The position numbers were made by a program, and so were the translations under genes. The notes under the pieces were generated by a model. That model saw only the letters and a program-made list of their open reading frames with translations, was not told the DNA's origin and searched no databases. DNA of 64,000 bases from Octopus vulgaris (Eukaryota). Location of the stretch: contig OX597814.1 in assembly GCA_951406725.2 (NCBI GenBank), positions 82,274,001 through 82,338,000 on the forward strand. Direction: 5' to 3'. How positions within the stretch are numbered: position 1 is the stretch's first letter; each line of letters begins with the position of its first letter. Shown here in pieces: positions 13,860 to 26,601 of this stretch.

Positions 13860-14735
13860 TGTTGGGGATGTTAGAGGATGATGGGTGGTGAATTGAGTCC
13901 GTTAGGGACGTAAGATTGAAGGGTAAAAATAAATCGCTACTCCATGCAAAACTTGGAATTAGCGGATCTATTCCGTAAGGCCAAGATAAACGTAGCAAAA
14001 TGTGTTGAATAGTTGGCAGAATAGAAATGGCAAAAGGCCGAAGTCTGACTTCAGAACCTGTCACGAAGATACTCTGTGAATCAGTCTGTTAAACGGCGAC
14101 TGGTTTGACCGATATACAAGGCTACTAGAGAGTTGGTTAATGCAGTCGGTAACGCCGGTAGAAATGAAGGTGAAGGAGTCAGAAATGTGGAAAGTCCGGT
14201 GGTTGGGTCCTTTAAGGGAAGTGATGCTGGTGATGAAGGAATAAGTGTGCAAACGGAGCCAGGAACAAAAGGAGGATCCAGGAACAAGGGGAAGAGACAA
14301 GGTCACGGAAGTTAAAAACATGCTTGCATGAGAGTAGAAGTGGATCGAGGAAGACGGGGACATTGGTAGGGTGAAGACGGAAGGCCCAATAGGATATTAC
14401 GATGGAGAGGTAGTAAATGAAAGGAAAGGGGGTGTGATTAGGCGTGAAACGGACGCAGAGAGGTGGGCTCTTGTGAGGGCGGCTTCCAGTAGAGTTGTGG
14501 TAAACCTAGTTGAATGAAGTGACTATGTTTGGGTCTTAAAGTCGTGGTCGCGGCTGCAATGACAGTGGTGATGGAAGAATTGAGAGTAAAGATTGGCTCA
14601 TTTGGTTTAGGAGGTGTGAGAAGGGTGGAAAATTCAAGATAGGAGAGAGGGTGGGTTTATAGAAGGCTGTGATAGTAGTGAGATGGCGGTGAGGGTACTT
14701 AACTGACACAGAGATATCTAGAAAGTTGATAGACT
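13860..14735 (-). mobile_element. Penelope-like retroelement remnant (RT C-terminus + GIY-YIG endonuclease), frameshifted
   Basis: Minus-strand peptides SINFLDISVSV (RT), PLVPGSSFC...KGPNHRTFHISDSFT and LYIGQTSRRLTD (GIY-YIG motif) in PLE order. Confidence 0.75.
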
Positions 14736-15046
14736 TAATTAATGAATGACGAGTATCACGTACTCACGTGATTAACATCTGTTTCGGCTATAAGAATCTT
14801 CATATGGCAGAAACAGCAGTAAGGTAACAAACATGACGACGTGACTCCTGCTCTCTTGTCATTAATTAGTCAATTAATGTATATATGCATGCATGTATGT
14901 ATGTATGTGTGTGTGTATGTATGTATGAGTATATGTATATATATGTGTGTGTGTGTATGTATATCATATTTTTCTCATATATTATATTTTTTTACATTCA
15001 TTTCATACTTTCCACACTTTCCTGTCTCCTTGTTTTTTTCTGTGTA

Positions 15047-15084
15047 TCTTTCTGTCGAAGAGCGTAGGCTCGAAACGTAAAAGA
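15047..15084 (+). ncRNA. Minimal hammerhead-ribozyme-like motif in PLE 3' pseudo-LTR
   Basis: TCTTT-CTGTCGA-A-GAGC-GTAG-GCTC-GAAAC-GTA-AAAGA: perfect 5-bp stem I, 4-bp stem II with tetraloop, loopless stem III; core has U at position A6. Confidence 0.6.
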
Positions 15085-15175
15085 CTTTTTCTATTCCTGA
15101 GCGCTATACTAATACATTTGTTTGTTTGTACTCCACCTGCCTTCGTCTTTTGTTTATTTTCGTAAACTTTTCCTT

Positions 15176-15252
<77 letters not shown>

Positions 15253-15281
15253 GTGTGTGTGTGTATGAGCATATATATATA

Positions 15282-15690
15282 CTAGCAAATCCCCCCTCGT
15301 CTATTGGACGGTTTGTATAGGTGAAGAGGGTTAACGTGGACGGTGTTAAGTAATGGAGATGTTTGGTGATTGTATGTGGTGGTTACTTTTGACTGTTTTT
15401 TTCTCAATAAGGATAGTTGCTTTAAGTATTTTATTTTGATTTTCACTGACGTAATGGTAAGAACAACAGTAGTTTCGAATAAAAATAAAAATGGAAGTTT
15501 TAATCATGTGATGGACAGGCAAACATTACAAAAATTCTCACTTTGAAACTGACAATTTTGAAGATCTTTTTAGATTACGGAACGCCCCGCTCTCTCGTGT
15601 ATCCATGTTTAAAATTTCAGCGTGATCGGATGAACAATACTCGAGTTATAAGCGCACAAAAAACAGACAGAACGGGATTTATATACTAGA
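15282..15690 (-). mobile_element. Non-autonomous Helitron
   Basis: Minus strand starts TCTAGTATATAAATCCCGTTCTGTCTGT, ends with hairpin CCGTCCAATAGACG and CTAG; inserted between A and T. Confidence 0.65.
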
Positions 15691-15702
15691 TATGTACATA
15701 TA

Positions 15703-16189
15703 CGAGCAAAACGCCCCCACCCCCCGCCGTCCAATGGACGGTGCTGAGTTGTCAAACATTTAAACCAAATTTTCTCAAAACAACTTGTCCAACCGTCCTA
15801 TAGGCCTCCCCTTTGAGAAACACTGATTTAACCTAAATTTGAGACACCAGCAAAAAAAGAAATAAAGATAGACTTTTTTCTATTCCAAAGAAAAACGATT
15901 TTATTCACACAAATATGCAACCGAAGTGTTTAAAGTGCCTTTAAGCTGTACAAAAACAAGAAAAATGGAAGGTGCAGTTATGTACAGGTTGACGGAAGAA
16001 AAGCAGGACAAAAACGACTTTATCGATCGCATTCTCACCTGGAATCGATTTTTGTAATTTTTTCATGACTTATACACGCCCTCATACCGTCGGTATCTAC
16101 ATATCAAATTTGAGCGCAATCAGGTGGGGGATGCTCGAGATCCTAGAAGACACAAACACAGACAGACAGAACGGATTTTATATAATAGA
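15703..16189 (-). mobile_element. Non-autonomous Helitron (second related element in tandem)
   Basis: Minus strand starts TCTATTATATAAAATCCGTTCTGTCTGTCTGT; subterminal palindrome CCGTCCATTGGACGG; degenerate CTCG end; A/T flanks. Confidence 0.65.
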
Positions 16190-16238
16190 TGTGTGTGTAT
16201 GTATATATGCATGTATATTTATATGTATATACACACAC

Positions 16239-16304
<66 letters not shown>

Positions 16305-16383
16305 GATTACACTCATACGTATAGATACACTGTGCACCAGATTTTCAAATGTGAAAATATTAAAAACCTGCTTTAGTTATCAC

Positions 16384-16449
<66 letters not shown>

Positions 16450-17297
16450 TTGTACATGAGTGTGTGTCACATCGTATATACACACGCCCACACATAAGGC
16501 AGCAATATAACATTTATTCGAAAATCGTTTATGCATGTATATGTGTACATGTGTGTATGATGTAACATATTGCCCTACACAAACACACCCGTGTGTGTAT
16601 ACTATATATACATATATATGTATACTACATATACATATAAATACATTTTAGGTTCATTTCGATGAACTCGCGAATTATAGATTTTGAAAGAAAAAGGTGG
16701 AATTGATTATATCCAGTTTTTTCAGTATTAGAATAACCCCGCATTAGGATTAGATACGTTGACAGGGGAAAAAGAATTACCAGCATTATTCTATGAATGA
16801 GGAAACAAGGGAGATAACAAGTAGATGAGTAGTACACTAACACAAACCCTCAGCTTGATGTTGTATGAGGCACGTTCTGTTCCTCTGATGAACTTCATAC
16901 AGTTTCCAAAGATTTTCCCTTCACACGAATTGGAATGACCTAAAGGTAAGGCAGAAGACGCTTGTCAGTGTGGTACACAGTGATAGCGAATTTGCAACCT
17001 TGTGGACATGAAACGAATTTGGAACACAGTACCGTGCTGCTAACACACACGTACATTCATACATACATACATACATACATACATACATACATACATACAT
17101 GCAAACACACACACATACATACATACATACATACATACATACATACATACATACATACATACATACATACATACATACATGCATGTAGATGTATGTGTGT
17201 ATACAAACACATATACATGTATGTATGTTTTTATGCATGTATCTATGCATGCATATACGTATGCATATGTATGTACACACACACACTCTCTCTTTCT

Positions 17298-17328
<31 letters not shown>

Positions 17329-17419
17329 AGAAACACACACACACACAGAAACACAAAGTCTTTGCTAACAAACGTAGTAATGCAAAATTATAGATACGCC
17401 AATATGAACTCACATTTAT

Positions 17420-17457
<38 letters not shown>

Positions 17458-19743
17458 CCACACTCATAAACACATATCTACACACATACATTCTTATAAT
17501 GATACTGCGGTTTATGTGTAGAACAGTGTCATAAAAAGTATTGATATAGACTAACAACAGATTGCTGAACATTTTAACCGCTTATGTCAAATCAACAGTT
17601 TTGCAGACGTGGTTTCATTTTTCTGAAGCCTGACACAGATTTCTTTTGTCAGGCTTTAAGAAATAAATCTTTAAAGTCAGTTATTTAGTGACACTTGTTT
17701 CATGAAAAAAAACAATACTTTAGTTACAAGCAAATTAGCTAGTTAGAAAATCTCTATTAGAGATGGAAGTGGTAAGTATATTGAAAAATAATGTTTATCA
17801 CCACTTAAACATGGCTGTTCTGTAGAAACCGACGTTACTGCTATTTTTAACTCCAAGAGGACGCCTCCTCCAGCTGGTTATTCGATGCAATCTGCACCCG
17901 ATACATATTGCAAGCAGGAGAGTGAACTCCTTACCATCTTCCAGCTACGTGACTACCAGACTGTACGGTTTCGACCCTTTTGTGGTCATCCTCAATGGTG
18001 GATACTCGTCCGCTTGAGATAAAATCTTATCGTACATAGAAAAGTATATTACAAGACAAACAAATTCAAAAATGTTAAATGAGTTCGAATGAGCATTAAG
18101 TTAAAAAAATTTACTTAAAAAATATTTTATGTAACGATTAATTTTTACCTTTAACTAGAACTTTTTTTAAACGAAAACAAAGAAAGAAAACGAATAAAAG
18201 TTCAAAAAGATCGAACCCGGCAGCCTAGCCCAGCAACTATCTTTTCCTTTCATCAATGATTAAGCTGGGTTACTGACACTCGCCTTTTTCATTACATCCT
18301 TCCATCGTTTCCCGTATTCACTCGGTGGCGGGGTCCTCCTCTCCAACCCCTTCTTGCTCTTAGTCGTCCACTAGAGACAGTAGTAGTTCACTCCAGCTTC
18401 CAATATATAGAAATCAAGTGACACATAATCATTGATCTTGCAACAAGCAAATTAGCTAGTTAGAAAATCTCTTCTAACTGCTTCTTTTGTTTTGCACTAT
18501 TGCCAGAAAAAGTAAAACAGATGAATGCAAAAGTCTCCTGCCTCGAAACGAAATCAGACTCTAAATATGGATGAAGCAAAGAAAACATCAATATGAAGTA
18601 GAAGACAACAAAACGTGATTTAAAAGAGGACCTTGTTTACATTAAAAAGAGGATAGTTTAAACCAAGCCATTTCGGAACGAAACAGTCCAAATCAAAGAT
18701 TGTTGGATATCGTTGGTTACACTTCGAAAAAGGAAGCAGTGAAACACGATAAAATATCGTAAATACAGGCGTTTCTAAAATGTGGAAATTTTATGGCGAA
18801 ATGTGTGAATGCATGAAACGATAGCAAATGCTAGAAATTCCTGCATGATGCGAGAAAGTTGATAAGCTTGCGTAAGTACGTACGCAATAATCATTGAATA
18901 ACCTCTGAGTTTACCCGCACAAATATATATTTATAGGTATGTGCGTACATACATACATACATACATACATACATAACTATTAGCTCCTCTGCAGCCATTT
19001 TCAGAGGGAGCTTCAGATCCAAACAGGCAAATCTGATAAACGTAAGACAACGGTGACTTAAACAAACCTGATATACATGTAACCTGTTTTCTTCATACGA
19101 TCCTTAATTCTATATAATGATAACCGATATAAATGTCGGCTGGTCAGTTGGTTGGTTAGTTGGTTGGCTGCTTGGTTGGCGGGCGGGCTGGCTGGCTGGT
19201 TTCTAGGATCACTCTTCACGTCCTCTGCAAAGAGAAGAGAGAGAGAGAAAGAGAGAGTAAAAGCGGGATACAGAGAAATTTAACATGAGAGATGCAGGAT
19301 GAGGCACATGCTAGGCTTCGTGGCACGCAATGAGTGAACCGATTCTACACATGCACGCACAGTGAAAGAGAAATATTTAAAGAGGAGGAAGAGGAGGACC
19401 AGGAAGGGGAAGGAAGAGGAGGAGGAGGACGAGGATTTACTTTTATTTGAAGGTAATAATTTCCTTTTAAAAATTGATATTCATTTCATCATTTTGTATA
19501 AACGCATGAAAATTTAAAAGTGAAATTATAATCATTGTACGTGCGCCATATTTCTCGATATTACCTATACTTCTAAAGTTATCTGTCATATAACGGGTAA
19601 CACTGTAGTATAAAATTATTGTATTTCAAATAGTAAATACTCCCTTTTTTTTTTTTGGTGTACATATACGATGTATGTATGTATGTATGTATGTATGTAT
19701 GTATGTATGTATGTATGTATGTATGCATGTTTGTCTGTATGTA

Positions 19744-19790
<47 letters not shown>

Positions 19791-21172
19791 ATGTTTATCC
19801 TGGGTCTGACATTAAGCTGCATTCAGTGGTGAGGCTCCAGTTCGGGTGTTCTGAAGTTGCGAGAAGCGTAGAGTCACACCTTTATTGCCATTACTCCCGA
19901 GTCGATTGTGACCAAGAATGGTAGTACATGTCAGGCTCCTGTCTATCGATAAAATAGACTTCCAAGGGGCAGAGTAGGCACTCGTCATTTTTGACAAAGC
20001 CGTTGGGAACGCAGCTCTTCTAGGAGAAAGATATTCTGACATAAAACTTTCAGTCAAAATAGTACCTGTGATCTTGCAATGCTTGTCACATGAATCTCCT
20101 GATAAATGATCGATAGAATGGAGAAAGTGTTGTACAAGCTTTATTCTCTTAGCTCTGAAATCCAATGACATACAGATGTCTTACTATAATGTGACACGGC
20201 TATCATCTTACAAGATGGGGTAATCATCAAGTATGTATGTATGTATGTATGTATGTATGTATGTATGTATGTATGTATGTATGTATGTATGTATGTATGT
20301 ATGTATGTGGCTCTTGTTATTTTTGACAAAGTCGTGGAGAAGGCTGCTCTTCTCGGAGAAAGATACTCTGATATAAAATAATAGTACCAGCCATCTTGCA
20401 GCGCTCGTCACTAGCGCCTACTACGTAACCGAGAGTCACAAAAGTGTTGTACAAGCTTTTTTGTCTTTTATCTCTAAAATCCAATGACGTACAGATGTCT
20501 CACTTCATTTCTTGATCTTTTTTGTATTTTAAAAAGTCCTATAGCGGTGGATATCCGCCACACATACAAGGTTGAAAGAAATCTGGACAATCAGGCTGGA
20601 TGTGAGACGGCTTTTATCATCTGACACGATGAGACAAATCATCATCTTGTACGTATGTCGAGTCACTCTTAGCGTTACTGACATCATGTAACTCAGTACA
20701 ACCTGCTACGTGGTCGGGCCATCGATGACTAAATCGGCAACCTTACCAAACCTACTTTGTTTGTGGGTGGCTTTTGTTAGACACTCCGTAGGACGAAAAA
20801 TAAAACATGGCAGGGTACGGTTGAACTCAGCAGTCAACAGACATCCGACAGCTGGGAGTGAGAGAACCATAGTCTATGTTTAGTAAAATTCTCTCGAGAG
20901 GAAGGAAAACGTTGAAGTAACACCTGCGGCTTTGTTCGCATCCAATGATATAGACTAGTTCTTCTGTTTGGGAAAAGGCATAAGTTGTATAGAAAATGAG
21001 ATGGGCCTTCTACAGGCCTTTCTTCCCTTCAAAAAGCTTCATCCACTGGCATTTCTTGATTTTTAGCATCTCTATTAAGAGGTGTCTACTTTGGCTGGCT
21101 GTAACTGAAGAAGGCAAAATACTCCATGAAAAATTCCATGATAACATGAAGGTAAGTATCAGCATGTGTAGT

Positions 21173-21322
<150 letters not shown>

Positions 21323-21554
21323 TGAATACATGCTACAAGAAACGCCCATCGTTGCCAGATCTGTGAAAAGAGTGGAAGCTCCCACCAAGATCGGAAAACC
21401 GTCTCCAAGCTATTCGTTAAAAAAACAATAAGTTATATACATATAGGCGCAGGCATGGCTGTGTGGTAAGCAGCTTGTTTCCCAACCACATGGTTCTAGG
21501 TTCACTCCTACTGCGTGACTCCTTGCGCAAACGTCTTCAAACTATAGCCTCGGG

Positions 21555-21593
<39 letters not shown>

Positions 21594-21731
21594 TGCTTTC
21601 AGGTTCCTTCTACCAAATTCATTCACAAGAAGAGCTCCGCTCGAAACGTTAAATCCTCCTTCTTTCCTTCTTTCCTAATTTGTTCAACGTCCTCGCGTTG
21701 TGTTTTTTTTTTTGTGCTTTCTTGTTTGGAT

Positions 21732-21827
<96 letters not shown>

Positions 21828-22515
21828 CATATACATATATATATACGTGTATATACATATACATTCATATATATATATAAACTATCTCTATTCTCCCACT
21901 ATTATTCTTCTTTCTTTCTGTTTTTCTTCTCCTCCCCTTTACCGTTTTCTTTCTCTCTCTCTCTCCCTCACTCTTCCTCCTTGACTCTCTCGTTGCACAC
22001 ACGTGACCAGCAGCTATCTTTCTTTTTCCTCTTGATTTACAAGAGCCAAGACACACTTTTGCCTGTCTCCTGTCAAAGCTCGTTTCTCCAGCGTTCACAA
22101 CTTCACCTCGTCATGGCTTAACAACCCTTACCGTATGTTTTTACTGTTTTGTTCTTACTGTCCTGTTTTTTTTATCACTTTAACCCACCGCAAATCCCAA
22201 ATTTTATTTAATTTGCTTTGCGGGAACGACTGTTTTAACGAAGTCGCATCTTGTCCCAACGTTCGGAACGCGGAGTAGATAAAACAGGGGACAACTAATG
22301 AAGGGATTGTTCTTTATGTTGCCTGTCTCGTTTCTCTATTTGTTTCTTTCTTTGTTCGAAAAAAAAGTTCGTTTTCTATGTTTTTGTTTTCTTATGTTCA
22401 AGTTTTTCATTTTATTCACGTTTTTTTGACGTCATATACCCATATATGCATGTATATACATATATTTGTAGGCATGTACATATATGTATGTATGTATATA
22501 TGCATATATATATTA

Positions 22516-22597
<82 letters not shown>

Positions 22598-22798
22598 TAT
22601 TCTCATTAGTGATTAATAAATTTAAAAAATTCACATTTGAAGAAAATTTCCACGATGTGTTATGGATTATTATAATAGGTAAAATTATTAATGTAAGAAA
22701 ATAGAGAGTTGAGGATGTATAGTTTACTTATCTGTATCATAGTTTGTTGCTAAGATATACATACAAATAATATTTTTATAAAACAATAGAATACTCAA

Positions 22799-22910
22799 AA
22801 AACCTACATGTTTCAATTCTGGCCCCTTGGTAATGCATAATTCAAAGCATTCGGGTTAAATCCAATGTTAAGAATTTAAGCTGTAAGGGGTAGAATCTCT
22901 TCAGGGTTTT
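22799..22910 (-). ncRNA. Hammerhead ribozyme-like motif with canonical core
   Basis: Minus strand: AAAACC-CTGAAGA-GATTCTACCCCTT...AAGGGGCCAGAATT-GAAAC-AT-GTA-GGTTTT; 6-bp stem I, extended stem II, palindromic ACATGT stem III, GUA site. Confidence 0.7.
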
Positions 22911-23005
22911 TGCTTTAATAATAACAAAGGTTACAGCTTTCTTGGAGGTATTCAAGAATCCCTTCAAGAAAATGTAACCTTCGTTATTATTGTCATTTGT
23001 AACAT

Positions 23006-23553
23006 GGTGGCTACCCCCTCGTTATCGATTATGGCCATTGCACGAAGCTTAATCAATGTTGTTATCGTGCAATGCCTGTGCAAGAAGATATTTTTTAAGT
23101 GAGGAAAGGCTGTGCACTGAGTCAATCCCACTCACTAAGCAACAGCAGCCATAATCCGAAAAGAAGAACAAGTCAACATCATCGGTAACCACTGAGCCGC
23201 AGGTTTTATGTCGGAGTTATCCCAGTTACCTGAGTTACCTTCTCCTAGAAGGATGCCCTGACAAAGGCTAGGAATCCTTCACTCCCAATGGTTTAACTGC
23301 GCGATCGGGTATTCAATCCGATTATTTCTATGTCCCCGCGCATGATGCAGCTTTAAGACATTTATTGGATGGCCGTTGACTCTCAAGAGTTCCTCCGCCC
23401 TTTGACGGGTTTTTGATTTTCATCCCGCAGGGTGACCAATAAGCACCCTCCTCACCAAGCGAGCTTGGTGGGGTTGCCGGTTTAGTCGCCGACGACCCGA
23501 CCATGCAACAGGTTGTACTGGGTTACATGTTACCAGTAGCACTGGTGACCTGA
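23006..23553 (-). mobile_element. Short non-coding retro-insertion (RTE-related?) flanked by a 12-bp direct repeat
   Basis: CATTTGTAACAT at 22994-23005 and 23554-23565; internal GGGCATCCTTCTAGGAGAAGGTAACTC resembles RTE UTR motifs; several hairpins. Confidence 0.45.
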
Positions 23554-23593
23554 CATTTGTAACATACATACATACATACATACATACATACAT

Positions 23594-23694
<101 letters not shown>

Positions 23695-23698
23695 TACA

Positions 23699-24980
23699 CA
23701 GGGTGTGGTGAATAAACTGTCGTCTAAATTGCGCAACCAAATGACCCTGACATCTCAATTTAACAGATATATTTACTAAAATCATATAAAAATATCTTGA
23801 AATACTAAAGAGTAAATTCATTCAATAAAGTCGTCATTGGCTTCAATCACGGCCTCCAGAGGGCCTTCGAATCTCTTGCAACTCTTCTGGACGGTCTCCT
23901 TGTTTAAGTTGGTGAATGCTGCCATAATTCTTGTCTTCAGTTCATCTTTGGTGTTACGAGGAGTTTTATTGGTCTCTCGCTCAAGTGCAACCACACATAA
24001 TAATCAAGGGGGTTGCAGTCTGACGAGTCAGGTGGCCAGATATTAGGAGTGATGTGGTTGCAGAAATTGTCTGATATCCATGACTGGGTTCTCCTGCTTG
24101 TGTGGCATGGTGCAGAGTCCTGTTACAAGACATAGGGTCTTTCAGCGGTCACCCTCTTGACCCAGAGCAGCACTGCCTGGTTCAGGCACTTTATGTAGGC
24201 CTCAGGGTTGAGTCTGAGGCCATGTGGGAAGGTGAATGGAGCCATAACGTCGCCATCACTAGTGATCACTCCAAACACCATGATGCTGACTGGATGTTTG
24301 ATTTTTATCACTATAGGTACATGTTTTGGGGACACTGTAAGCCAACGGTTGTTCTGTGTGTTCACAATCTGATCCTGGCAGAAATCTTTCTAGATTGAGA
24401 AAAACCAAAGCATGTTCGGTTGTAGGGGATGCTTGAGTTTGTACAAAAGTTTCGTAGTGCGGTCTTTCCTCTTTTCCTTGATGGCTTGGGATAAAAGTTG
24501 GCCCTTACTCCTATTGTATAAGGAATACCGAGCGTCTTCATGCACTATCTGCCTGATAAGAAACTCAGACACTCCCATGTCCCTGGCGATAGACCTGATT
24601 GACTTGGAGGGATCATTGTCAATCATGGCCTGGATCTCACCTACAAATTCAATTTTGTTTTTTTTCATATCAGAACGATCACAGTGAGTTTTCCGAGCTG
24701 CTGTACCTCATCCAACTCTTTCCGAAACCTCTGCACTGCTCTCGGATTGACACCCAAACACTCTGAAATGTTCGTATTGGAGCTTCCAGTGCGAATGCCA
24801 AGCAGTACAGCATGTCGCTTCCAAATTTCTGGCGGAGTGAATTGCGCCATGCTTCTATTTTTCTCACAGATGGTGCCCAACTGACCCTACTATACTGTGC
24901 AGTCGACAAAATCAAAAACCAAGCAACGCGCATGCATGAAATAAAAAATATATAATGGCGACAATTTTTGTATGTGTGTA
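23699..24980 (-). mobile_element. maT/DD37D-type Tc1-mariner transposon, near full length, pseudogenised
   Basis: Fragments SKSIRSIARDMGVSEFLIRQIV (HTH), WFFS-D, KHPVSIMVFGVITSDG, QDSAPCHTSRRTQSW...WPPDSSDCNPLDYYVW; TIR CAGGGTGTGGTGAATAAACTGTCG at 23699; stops and frameshifts. Confidence 0.8.
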
Positions 24981-25034
24981 AGTGTGTATATATATATATA
25001 TATATATACGTGTGTGTGTGTATATATATGTATG

Positions 25035-25099
<65 letters not shown>

Positions 25100-26563
25100 A
25101 TATATATAGACAGCAATGTATAATGTTTTACCAAAAAAGAAAACTATAATTGTCACTAAATGTGACCAGGGTGTTAGGACTCCTACATTGCTAGAAATGA
25201 GATGTCACGATCTCGACCGGTGCTTTCGGACGATTACGGTCCCTATCAGTACATATGTATACAATTATGTGCTTTAGCTACAGCATTAGAGCATTTTAGT
25301 TCCTATTTCTAGCAATGTGAGTGTTCTAACATTTAGTGACAATTATATACATGCATATATGAAAGATTACCAATAAAATCAATTATAACTATAATATATT
25401 TTTAATGAAGTCACAGCTGGCCTGATAGATTTGGTGAGAGAGAAGTGGGGAACAGGAGTGAGAGAAAGAAAGAGAGAGAGAGAGAGAGCGAGTGTGTGCG
25501 TGTGTGTGTGTGTGTGTGTGTGCGTGTGGGTGGGTTGGTGGGTGTGGGGTGGGGATGTGACTGTGAGTGGGAGAGACAAACTATATGATCCGGCAGTGGG
25601 GCCATTGTTTGGAAGCTCCAGGGTTTTGAGAAAGCGTAGAACCACCTCTTTGCCACAACTGCTCCTAGGTCTACTCTGTCCCGGAGTAGTAGCACCTTTC
25701 AGAGTCCTGGCTATAGGTTTATTATCATAATACGAGTTGCCTGTCTATGCATGTGGAAACTAGATCCAGCGGACTGAACGAAAGAAACATCAATGGTTCT
25801 ACAAAAGAGAAGGCGACTGGGACAACGCATTGTGGAGAGCAGAGAATAAGATGGAGCAAGACATCTTGGTCATTCACTGCACTTGTCTCAATCCCTAGTT
25901 GTCTTGACGTGGCCTTGCCATCGGATTGAAGATGGTTACAGACGAGAGAATGAGGTTGGCGGTTGCGCAACTCTTCGTCACTTTAAACAAAGTCACCACG
26001 TAAATCATCGGTCTTCCCCCAAAATCCTTACATGGTCCTCGTCGCTCCGACGGATGGACATGTGTATGAATATATGCATGTCATTTAACCTGCCTTCCTG
26101 TTATAACCCCTTTTCAAAGAACGCGTCATTGAAAAGGCCCCTGCTGGGGACGAATTTTCGTTTCCCTCTGATATCTATTGTGTTTTTAACACAGCATATC
26201 AATAAGAGATGTTATCTCAAGACGAATAATGCTTAGGGGAAGGAAGTCTGAAAGAATGATGTAACCGTTAGATTACAGAAACGTAAACAAACCAATACCG
26301 GCTGTCAAGTAGTGGTGGTGACACAATACAAACATAAAAACACACTCACACACGCACACATACATACGTACATACATACATACATACACACACAGACAAG
26401 CACACAAGGCGTGGCTGTGGGGTAAGAAGCTTGCTTCTCAACCACATGGTTTCGAGTTCAGTTCCACTGCGTGGCACCTTGGGTAAGTGTCTTCTATTAT
26501 AACCTCGGGTTGACCAAAGCATTATGAGTGGATTCGGTAGACGGAAACTGAAAGAAACCTGTC

Positions 26564-26601
<38 letters not shown>

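Noticed and set aside
19985-20860. Diverged ~190-bp tandem duplication with possible transposase remnant
   Set aside because: The duplication is visible (~19990-20185 vs ~20320-20500), but no diagnostic motif could be recovered to assign a family.
23400-23553. HDV-like ribozyme at the end of the TSD-flanked insertion
   Set aside because: An ACC/GGT P3-like hairpin exists, but P1.1 and P2 pairings could not be completed.
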